Assembly: GCA_011109175.1 (NCBI GenBank)
Contig: RDEW01000059.1
Coordinates: 31,001-64,000, forward strand
Direction: 5' to 3'
Origin: Dicyema japonicum
Lineage: Eukaryota > Animalia > Dicyemida
DNA: 33,000 nt
Under the pieces are notes generated by a model. It made no database searches. It saw only the letters and a program-made list of their open reading frames with translations, and was not told the origin of the DNA. A program made the position numbers and the translations under genes. Shown one piece after another: positions 23,201 through 32,990 of this stretch (its first letter is position 1; the number at the start of each line of letters is the position of its first letter).

Positions 23201-23799
23201 TATTACTTCTTTTGCCTACTATTGAACCGTTCTCTGGTTTTCGGTATCTTTTCATATTTTCTTCTTTCCTCCTTCATAGCATAAAAGTCACACCACACTA
23301 CAATCTGTACTTTATTAAAAAGAATATAATTTTAAACATCATTTCAAAAACTCTCGGAAGCAAGGTTAGGTACCTCTCGTTGTCTACACCTGTGTATACG
23401 GTTAATACTGGTCTACACGAGTGCATTGTGGACAATGGCGTCACTTTCCCACTATCCAAGAAATTACCAACAGAGTAATCGGCTATTTCATATCTCGTGA
23501 AGTCCTTCTCGAACGAACAGCCAGCTTTATAAAATACTCGAGTTTTTAAGTATAACTTTTTAGAATTACTCGATTTCATGAACAAACAAATTGGTGGAAT
23601 CACGGATTTATTATCAAAGACATCAAATCCTCAAAGAATCCACCTTCGAAAATTATTTGCTTAAATTTTAATTGATTAACAATATATTTTATTTATGAAT
23701 TTTCTGTAATCAAGATTAGTATATTTAGATTATCTGTTATGTAGATATTCTGAATATCTCATAATTGCAGTAAATGAGGGACAAAATAATGAATTATAT

Positions 23800-24015
23800 T
23801 TCTTTTGTAAAAGTCGATGTCTGTGAAGAAATTAAAATGTTCGAAGAACTAGTGAGGAATACGGGAGCTCTGCCAAAATCTCTAAATCTCCAAAAAGTCA
23901 TTCGTCCACACCGGTATATGTTTTCTGGAGGAACACCGAAAGGAGACCAGGATCATTTGACGGCTTCTACTCTCCTTTGTTTTGTCGGTGATTTTTGGTT
24001 CTAAATAAATTAACT
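23800..24015 (+). mobile_element. Isolated 3' end of the LINE family at 15150-15680
   Basis: ttcgaagaactagtgagg...ccaaaaagtcattcgtcca...cctttgttttgtcggtgatttttggttctaaataaattaa matches 15525-15670. Confidence 0.7.
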
Positions 24016-24089
24016 CAGAAAATCACAATTTTATCTTCTCGCATGAATTGGATTATATAAAGCCTTTCTCCGTAAAAATTATTAAAGTT

Positions 24090-24787
24090 ATGAAAATCAT
24101 AAAGTTCGCAAGTATTCCTTAATGTTTTAATTTTACAGTCTTTTTGTTTCTATTAGTTTCGGTGGAGTCAGCAAAGGCTAATTCTATTAGTACACGACAA
24201 AAAATTACTTCCTCTTTCTCAAACAAGACTAGTACTACTGCTACTTCAAGTTCTTCTCTTAATACAACCGTAAAAACTAATTCGACTTGTACAACAGTAA
24301 ATTCTACTAAAGTTCCTCCTTCCAATAGTACAATTAACGAGAATACCAATGGGATTCAAACGAGACTATCGAAATGTATAGGGTGTTTGTCATTTTAGTT
24401 ATTCTACCAATTACTTTGATTGGAACTCTCTTAAATTAGTCCTTAATTCTATTAATTTTACTGTTAGGTTATGTTGGTTTATTTTAATGAAATTTCTTTA
24501 CTCAGTTTATTTTAGAATCAATTTTACTTATAAAGTTACTGTAAGTTAAAGTTTCGATGATTTTAGTATCACAATGACAAAAAGGAGGGACAGCCGAGGA
24601 ATGACGTAAATCAACGAGAGAATGCACAACACTTGAAAACTCAAAAAGGTTTGAAAATTTATTCTGCTATTATCGGTGAATTACTAAAATAATTTATTTG
24701 TCACACTCAGGACTAATAAATGTTAGAAGAGAAAGTGAGACTGATGGAGTTATAGTAAGAAATCGAATGTCACAATATACTATCTAA
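24090..24787 (+). CDS. Orphan mucin-like surface glycoprotein (signal peptide, S/T/N-rich ectodomain, membrane segment). In-frame TAG at 24437-24439
   Basis: ATG 24090 with introns 24112-24138 and 24376-24398 gives 99 aa: MKIIKFAIFLFLLVSVESAKANS...NTNGIQTRLSKFILPITLIGTLLN*. Past the TAG the frame continues SLILLILLL and, through introns 24468-24505, 24541-24566 and 24649-24710, stays open to TAA 24785-24787. Confidence 0.7.
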
Positions 24788-25049
24788 TAGCTTATCGTTG
24801 TTATTACATCCTTTATACAAAAACACGAACATTATATATTATTGACAGTAAAACCTCTCCAATCATGACTTTCTAAATAGTGGATTGTGTATTTGTTGTA
24901 TATTCATAGGACCAGATTATCATGTTTTCCAGTCTGTTGGATCACCTCAAGACCTTTCAAGTGCCAGGTGATGTTTGTTATCCTATCAAAACACTAATAA
25001 TTACCTAAAAGCATATATTTTAAATATAGTTAGTTAAGCTACTCTAGCC

Positions 25050-25480
25050 TCACTAAATTGTAGTAGACAAGAGGCTATTGAGTAGGATGTGAAAAGTCCA
25101 TAACCGCTGTTGGCTTTAGAATCTTGGATTAATCTCCACAGATTCTGAAATCTGGGCCAAGGAGATGTTCAGAAAACTTAACTTTTTTGAATATCCGTGA
25201 TATTGGAGTCTCGAAAATTTCAATAATATTTTAAGGTAACAGTTTTGTATCACCTCCAATTTGTTCTGCGCCGATAGCAAGACAATTCATTTTGCACAAG
25301 CGTACTCGATACTCTGTAAGACATATCGTTTGTGCTTAACAAAGGGGCAGAAGATAATGAATATCGTCAAAAAATCATTAATAATTCACATTCTCTTTTG
25401 TATCCTTGATGCTTACCAGGTCCACTCTATGTGACAACAAAGAGTGCATGATAACTTCCAAGATTAAAGGGGTCGGAGAA
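25050..25480 (-). mobile_element. Decayed LINE RT C-terminal remnant
   Basis: KRYVLQSIEYAC..IVLLSAQNKLEVIQNCYLKI resembles the L2/CR1 post-RT Y..YV.P..EYA...LE..Q block. Confidence 0.4.
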
Positions 25481-25644
25481 TCCTATAAATTAACTGTTGG
25501 CGTTATATGTCTTCTATCATGAAAAAGTGAACGTCTTTACATGCCACCTTTAGGCTGTTTTCAAAAACAAAGACCCACAGGTCAATTGAAGGGAAGGTAA
25601 TAAAAAGTGATGACATTTCTTGTATTAAATATTTAAAATTAATA

Positions 25645-25916
25645 TTATTGGGAAACATTTAAAGATTTAAGTTCTTCTTGTTGAGTTCATTTTGTTGTTA
25701 GCTTTTTGCCGAGTCTTTCATGAACATCAAAATATTTAGCAACACATCGGTCAATACATACGCCCTCACCCTTAGTAAGTTCTCCTTCTTTAAAACTTGT
25801 AGATATGCATTTTTTAGTGCAAAACTGATGACATTTCTAAAATATTATATTGCTAAAAACTTGTTGAACATATCAGCCATCATTTCAATCTCCAGATCTT
25901 GTATACTGTTTGTCAT
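25645..25916 (-). CDS. TIMM10: Mitochondrial small Tim chaperone Tim10, with a frame lesion
   Basis: [19 protein letters not shown], then intron 25837-25860, then ...[41 protein letters not shown]: twin CX3C motif plus the Tim10 signature ELEVEMMADM. Exon 2 needs an indel near 25820-25836. First stop is TGA 25687-25689; the frame then stays open to TAA 25645-25647. Confidence 0.9.
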
Positions 25917-26029
25917 TTTCTGTACCAACTAAAGACAATCGTGATTTAAAATATATTTAAAATATTTATTATAAATTATTTTAATTTAAACCAATCATTT
26001 TAAGAACAATGAATTATTAATTCTTGAAA

Positions 26030-26630
26030 AACAATGCGAGAAATTGGGGCATTGGGTCAGCATCCCCCCTTGAAGCCACCCTGCCTGCCTACTTTTCATC
26101 CCTTGCGAGCTGCAGTCGTTTGGTCCAAGCAGTCCTTTGCTTGCCAGAAGAGTTGGGAATCAATTGCATGTATGAGCACTCTGGAGGCCGCGAAGAAAAC
26201 GGAATGCTGGTCGAGCCCCGCGCCACGCAGCCCTCAATGACATCATTTTTCGAGCCCTCAAGGCCGCGGGATTTCTGGCCCAATTGGAACCTTTGGGCTT
26301 ACAGAGGCGACGGGAAGAGGCCGGATGGCATGACGTTATTCCCATACTCCCACGGAAAATAACTCGTCTGGGACGCAACGTGTGGACACCTTTTCAGGTG
26401 CCAGATCGCTGACGGCGACGCACTCTCCTGGAGACGCAGCCGACCAGGCGGAGGAAAGAAGATCCGTAAATACGAATCCCTCGGAGACCAATACCATTTC
26501 ACCCCCTATTGTTGTGGAGACAACTGAAACTGTGGAAGCGAAGACGGACGCCTTTCTCTCCTGCATTGGAAGCAAATTGCCTCAAAAACGTGTGAGCCAC
26601 GGGAGGGACTATGGTTGAGGCAGAGGCTCA
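26030..26630 (+). mobile_element. CRE-clade retrotransposon copy A (internally deleted 3' part)
   Basis: [49 protein letters not shown] and EPREGLWLRQRL. Confidence 0.85.
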
Positions 26631-26664
26631 TATTTTAACTATTTTTTATATTAAATATTTTTGC

Positions 26665-28275
26665 GTCGTTGCCAGCGACGATATTGTCATGGCATGAGGT
26701 GCTTGAACTACTGAGACGAAAACATCCATGTCCCCTGGCAGACTACCGTTCATTCGTGCTTCCGGGAAATGTGCCAAGGACGCGCGGCATTTCGTCGTTT
26801 GCGGCAAGTAGCAGTGGAGGTTTCGATGGCTTGCGACCAGGTCACATCAAAGATCTTGCGACAGGGGCTACTACAGAAGCTGGCTGTAGCCTTGTCAAAT
26901 CAATTACAAAACTGGTTATGCGTATTTTGAACGGAGATATTCCTCCTCACGCAGAGGAGCTTTTTTTCAGTCTACTAGCCTTCAAAAAACCCGAAAGCGG
27001 GGTCCGCCCCATCGCGGTCGGCAACTACTTCAGAAGACTGACAGCGAAAAACGCATGCAGTATTGTCTGTCCGAGAATATTTGAAGAATTTTCTTCCCTC
27101 CAACTGGGGTCGGTGTAAGGAACGGATGCGAGGCGGCAGTTCATGTTGCGAGGTGTTTCTTTGGACATAAAAACGAACAAAACCCACACATTGGGGTCAA
27201 ACTGGACATCTGCAACGCTTTTAATTCACTGCGGAAAGATCAAATTTTCGAAACTACAAGCAAATGAGCCCCGGAACTTATTCCACTCGTCTACCTCGCA
27301 TACGAAACCAACTCTTCACTGGTTTTCGGGGACAAGATTATTTGTTCGGAGACTGGAGTTCAACATGGGGACCCACTTGGTCCACTTCTTTTCGCTCTGT
27401 CCAGTCTTTGACGAAGCTCGTCGCGAATGGTGTGAAACTAATTCGGATACGCCGAACGATCCTTCGAGGCAACAAGAAGAACGAGATCTACTCCAAGTAT
27501 ATCTTCGACGTACTAAAGTCTGAGACCAACCAGCATTGTCTTGCATGTCTCGTGTCCGTCGCCAACCATGAACGAAGTGTGGCCCGATGCACTCCCATGT
27601 TCCTTCCTGGGGACCCTTTTGGACGATGACTGTATTCGGATTGGGATTGTACAACGCCTGAGAGTTGATTTTTGCGTCGAACACCAATGTCGTTGTAGAA
27701 AGATCGTCGATGCCAAAGGGCTGCACCCGCTCTCGTGCAAAGGAGAGCGGGCAAAGCACCTCGCCATGCTGCTATGAACAACATTGTCTTGCGAGCTCTT
27801 GAAGCGGCAGGCTTCCCGGCAGTGCTGGAGCCTGTGAGATTGGACCATGGAGACGGGAAAAGACAGGATGGGCTAACAATCTTTCCGTTCTCTGAGGAAA
27901 ATCGCTAGTATGGGACTTCACTTGTGTGAATTCCTTCTCGAACTCGATGATGCTCAGCTCGGCAGCCGATCAGGTCGAGAAAATCAAGATTAAAAAAATA
28001 TGGCGAAATTGGAAATCGCTTTCGTTTTGTATTGGTGGCAATCGAAACGTCTGGTGCTGCAGGAAGTATTACAGCCTTTTTCCTAAAAAAATCAGGGGGA
28101 AATTGGCACATCGTAAGAAAGACGTGCGGGAAGCGATCTGACTGAGGCAACGAATTGGAATTCCAGTTGTCAGCGGAAACGCTTACTCCGTAATGTCAGC
28201 AGCCGCCCTTCCCCGTTATTGTTAATAAATAATAATTTACTGTTAAATAAAACGTACATCAACCAGTAACAACCA
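26665..28275 (+). mobile_element. CRE-clade retrotransposon copy B (RT, knuckle, RLE; deletions and frameshifts)
   Basis: GGFDGLRPGHIKDL, GVRPIAVGNYFRRLTAK, GVQHGDPLGPLLF, CRCRKIVDAKGLHPLSC and GDGKRQDGLTIFP. TAA-rich tail near 28263. Confidence 0.9.
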
Positions 28276-28299
28276 GACATCTGCTTCAACCACGGAAAA

Positions 28300-28495
28300 C
28301 CTAAAAATCGAGAAATATTCTCGCCTCGGGGACCGGCACCGGTTTTCTCCTGTTGCGGTCAAATCATCAGGAGCTGTTGGTCCAATGACGGCTGAGTTTT
28401 TGCGAGAACTCGGATTGTCAGATTGTCAGAAAGAATAGGGATCAACGAGAAAGATTCTGGCTGAGACAATAGATTGGAATGCCAAGAGTAAACGG
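28300..28495 (+). mobile_element. CRE-clade retrotransposon copy C (short 3' fragment)
   Basis: KIEKYSRLGDRHRFSPVAV..GAVGPMTAEFLRELG...QRERFWLRQ. It abuts copy D tail-to-tail. Confidence 0.75.
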
Positions 28496-31400
28496 TTATA
28501 TAGCGGCTGCCCTGACTGCTTGGCTATTTCCTTTTAGGATGGCGAGCGAGATTCGCTCAAATAACCAGCATCGCTCACGAGGGTCTCGATTCACTAGACA
28601 ACTCAAGAATTCAGCGTCGCAGGCGCAAGGGAACCAGACGTCTCAACGGCGAGTGGAACAAACAAAAACTCCTTTGGTAGGACCGCGTACTTTTCCCGTT
28701 TCATCTTATTGGCCTTCTCAGCGGCAGAACAGGCTCCAGAGGCACTCTGGAGTAGGTTGCAAAATGCAAATGTGTCGATGCAGATAACGTCCCAGACAAG
28801 AGGTTTCCGGCTTCAAAAGGGAAGATCGTCATCCCATCTGGTCGCCTGCAAAGACCGACTGGTTCGAGCATGGATGGGTGTCCGGCGGCGTACAAAGCTC
28901 GCCTAACGACTTCGTTCAAGGCCATGTGTCTGGAAATCTGCCTGCACTCTTCCTGCATGAAAGAGGGTGTAGGCCAAAACAGTCGATCTGGTCTCCGCAT
29001 CGGAACGGATGTGGAACACAGACTTTTAATCTCAGTTGCAATGAGATCCCAATACGTACGCATTCATCATCCAGGAAGGTACTTAGAACTCCATTGGAAA
29101 TGGCGTTGAACCAGGCACTGCTCTCAGAAGACGCCCCCGACAACAAACAGGAACGGGGATATTGGCTAGATGACACTAGCAAATCTTTGAAAAAAATATT
29201 CATCGTCCAAGCCACGCTGAGAGGACGAGGAAGGCAGGGAAAGTTGATAAGTGCACTCCAGGCCTCACGAACATGGCCGGCGTCCTTGTCAATAGAGAAT
29301 TCAAGTAGAGTGTAGAATCTCTTGACATGGGAGTTACAGGCCACTAGCGATGATAAGTATGAAGGGAGAGAAAGGTCCACATGGTTCCGAATTCCAAGTC
29401 CTCCGAGTCTCACTGGCAGCGTGGCTTGCTTCCATGAGTAATCTCGAACCGGACGTTGAAGATACGTTCCTCTGTTGTACGGATGATCTCGTTAATCTGT
29501 GCGAGTTGGTCACACAGGGTGAAATAGGAGCAGTCCTCAGGACATATGCATGCCTCTGTACGTTGAGACTGTTTTTTAGCAAGAATAATGCTGTATGCAT
29601 GTCAAGTAGAAACAAGCGGTTCCAGAGTCTCTCCGAGTAACAGTCGTTTTTCACATAGCTCTTCCCATTGCATTTATGGTGATTGGGAATCCGAGGAATA
29701 TAAGTTCTTCATCGGTGTGGAAACACTTCCAGGCAGTAAATTTTCGAAACATGACAAAGTTTTTAATACTTCTATTCTGAACGTCCGCAATTGTATATTT
29801 CGCATTTAGTGTAATTTAATTCTAGCCAGCTTCGAACAGTGCTGGAATTATCATTTCTAAATCCTGGAAAATAGTATCCAGGGGTCCTCCGAGGACCGCA
29901 TCATTTAGATACCATAGGTGAGGGGCGAGCGCGGAACTTTGGTGATTTTCTCTATTGCAAGACAAAACAATAGGGGTCCAAGGGGATCTCCCTGTTGTAA
30001 TCCAGAATACTTCGATTTTTTCATCTTTATCTTGCTTCTCGTCGAGCCTTTTGTGTAGGGCTATCTTGATCCCTGCTCTCTCGATTTTTAAGAATCAAGA
30101 TAAAACGCTCTTTGTATGCAGTGTAATACCATCCTTCCAGTCCATAAAGAAGTGATGGAATGCTCTTACATGAAAAAATAAATAAAAATATCCGTTCGAG
30201 TCTCAATTTCCTCATACACAATTACGCATGGCGGGCTTTCTTCCATTTGAGCTTAAAATTGCACAATGTTCTCCCAGATTTCTCAAAGCTGTTCCGAAAT
30301 ACTTCAGGGAGCTCTCAATGTTGATTCCGCATATGGAGTCTTTCTGATTTCCTTTAACATTCCGTCCGAAGAACCTCATTGCACTAGATTTTTCTTTTGA
30401 CAGTTTTAACTCATGAAGACCGCACCAGTTTTTTATCTCTTCCATGTACACATTGAGTCTCCTCTCTGAGATCATGCTCGATCTCGACATATCAGACAGT
30501 AGCACGTCGTCTGCGTATATCAGAGATCTCGTACTTGATGTAGACGGAACGGGAAACCGGCCATTAGAACATTAAACAATAGAAGGCTCAAAATTGATCC
30601 TTGTGGGACTCATCTCTTCAATAGTATCATATTTGAAAAATAGCGTCCGCATCTAACATAAGAGTTTCTTCCTTCTAGGTACACTTTCACCCGATTCACT
30701 AGTTCCTTTGTAACTGATCGATTATGGCTCTGTGGTTAACACTGTCAAATGCTTTTGATTCTGAAGTAGTCTTCTTCTTCGAGCTGATTTGTAAGTCTCC
30801 AGAAGACAATTTTTTCCATAATTTTTGAAATTGAGTGAATCAGACTGATCGAGCGGTAGTTAGCAGGATCCCCGACAAGTAAGGATGAAGGTATGCAGTA
30901 TGACTGATTCAGATTTCGAAAATATTAGGGCATCTCTCAACACACGCTTCCAGGATATTGTCCCTCCTTAGACTATTGAAGGCGTTCTTGATGTCCAGCT
31001 TGACCAGGACATGTCCCCGAGAATCTTCTATACTTCGGTTTATGAATGTCCTCACTGAATGGACAGCGGCCTCGCATCCCAAGCGAATAGCGACGCCTAC
31101 TTGAGGGGGTTCAAGAATTTTGTGACGAGTGGAATAGAATGTCTGAAGGCAATTTTAGCAGCCAGTCTTCTGAAGACAAACCCGACCGCAACTGATCGTA
31201 CTTCGCCGCCTTTCTTATCGAAGGCTATCAAATTGGCGGAAAATAAGACATGGCGGATCCAGACAGAATCCGGTTCATAAGTGAAGTAATTGAATTCTTA
31301 AGACGAATTCCCTGGTCTCCTACGGACAAAGAGGTTAGATCCTTCAGGTAGGCAGGTCTCATTCCGTCGAACCCGCCACTGCTACTAGGGGCAAAATGCC

Positions 31401-32150
31401 GTATTGCGAGAAGGACTTCATCGTTTGATGCAATCAGGGGACTCACTCCGGATGGGGGAGTGACTTGGCGTAGGTTTTGGGGTGGCAGTGGATGCTTGTT
31501 CAGCAAAATATTGTAGGCGTCTGGAGTCGGTTTTCGTTGTCTACTTAAGGAAAGTGCCCTGATGGCTGGTGCCACCTTCGATAAACTTCGACCGGACAGT
31601 TCTCTTGAGACGGAGCACTTCGACTTCCTCGTTCTGACCACGTGTCTCCCTCGTACGGTTAGAAACCATAGGACAACTGGGGATGTGGATACCTCCATAA
31701 AGAACGAATGTTGGTCCTCATGGTGGTAGCGAGAGACTCCTTTCCGTGACTATCTCGATCAAGTCCCAGTGTGGAAAGCGCAAAACTGAATAAGCGCATC
31801 AAATCATGTACCGCGTTAGTCCGGAAGGCATCTTCGATCGTTTTGGAAAGGGCTTCAGCAGCGACAGGTCGCACGGCCTTGGGAATCCTCACAGGGATAA
31901 TCCGTAAAAAACGTAATTCAGAGATGAGACGTAAAAACGTTTCAGAGTGCGTGGTTGGTGGGTAATTAACGGGAGAGTTAACATTGGCACGGACACGGGG
32001 AACCTCTCTGCATAGGCCGAGGCAGTGCCATACTCTAAGCACGCTCGCTGCGGCTCAGGATAGTTTGATACACTCGAGGTGGAAAAAATCTAAGCAGAGC
32101 AGGAGATCCCACGCTTCCGAGCTCTGACAAGCCGACAGGACGAACACATC
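28496..32150 (-). mobile_element. Near full-length CRE-clade retrotransposon copy D (PHD finger, RT, CCHC, RLE), decayed and interrupted
   Basis: In order: PHD-like Cys/His cluster (32146-32010), [75 protein letters not shown] and WLFERISLAILKGN. Confidence 0.9.
30015..30875 (-). mobile_element. L2/CR1-like LINE RT fragment nested in CRE copy D
   Basis: DPANYRSISLIHSISKIMEK, KAFDSVN, GSILSLLLFN, LIYADDVLL and PSLLYGLEGW. It lies between CRE ...SSLLVGD and GLQQGDP. Confidence 0.8.
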
Positions 32151-32786
32151 TCAGTTGACTTGGCTGGTACCTTTTTCTCCTAAGTGGGAATATTCTTTCA
32201 CGTGCTTTTCTCACAACAGGCATAATCACAACAACGACCGTCCACAACAACACGTATTTCAATTTATTGTTAATTGGGCTCCTAAATTTCTCCATTCTCT
32301 TTAATTATCTGATGCAAATAAAAGTATTCTCAATACATTCTAGGATCTTTTTTGCGCAGTCCTGCAATCTGTCTGATAAACTGTGCCGTGCTAATTCCAA
32401 GCATTTTGAAACCTCTTCAAGTGAGAGTCTAACCCTCCTGAACCGTATCGGATCTCCCATCGCAAGGAAGAAAAAAGATATTAAAGAAATGAATTGGCTT
32501 ATTGAGTGTATTTTCTTACAAATCGTCATGGGAAATGGGGCTTTTAATTCCTAGAGAGACCCACCTTTACTGAAAGGAACTTGTAGTAGTTGTTAAGTGT
32601 AGTTACTGCAACTTTTGCAGTATCGAGTGACTATTGAAGCGCCCAAAATTTTCTAGAGTAAATATAATGTTTTATAATAAATTTATTTTGTCAATTTATT
32701 AGTTACTATAAAAATTACATGTTTAAATGAATGACATTAAAAATTGATAAATGACAAAATGTTGGATATAAAGTAAATTGGACAAT

Positions 32787-32990
32787 TTATTGAGTATTCA
32801 GGCATAGAGTGGAGAGGAGATTATCAGGAACAGCACTCTTTCCTTTATGGACAAAGACAGTTATATTCATATGTGGTTCTGAATCATAAATGGTTGACTC
32901 ACATCCATAATACTCAGCCATCTTCTCAATAATAGAGCACTTATCAAAGTTCATTATTGGGAAATCATAGACCATACTATTTTGATCACT
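32787..32990 (-). CDS. NFX1: Last exon of NF-X1/shuttle craft (R3H domain). The gene continues beyond the window
   Basis: YDFPIMNFDKCSIIEKMAEYYGCESTIYDSEPHMNITVFVHKGKSAVP aligns without gaps to the remembered NFX1 C-terminus FPPMN..R.IIH.LA..YG.ES.SYDSEP.RNVV...GKS..P. The acceptor is at 32991 or 32977. Confidence 0.8.
   Translation of the reverse strand, partial: SDQNSMVYDFPIMNFDKCSIIEKMAEYYGCESTIYDSEPHMNITVFVHKGKSAVPDNLLSTLCLNTQ

Noticed and set aside
24119-24349. Val/Glu/Leu-rich 76-aa minus-strand ORF
   Set aside because: Antisense shadow of the Thr/Ser-rich mucin exon.
25640-25930. First read as a CENP-B/pogo remnant; also the plus-strand ORF 25720-25932
   Set aside because: Spliced minus-strand translation is clearly Tim10 with twin CX3C. 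The plus ORF is its antisense.
26024-32295. Many overlapping 60-165 aa ORFs on both strands as separate genes
   Set aside because: They are frameshifted pieces or antisense frames of the GC-richer CRE and LINE sequences.
32305-32560. 74-aa minus ORF with a 22-nt intron-like segment (gtaagaaaatacactcaataag)
   Set aside because: Upstream exons hit stops, there is no start codon and no recognised homology. It could be part of the CRE 5' region.
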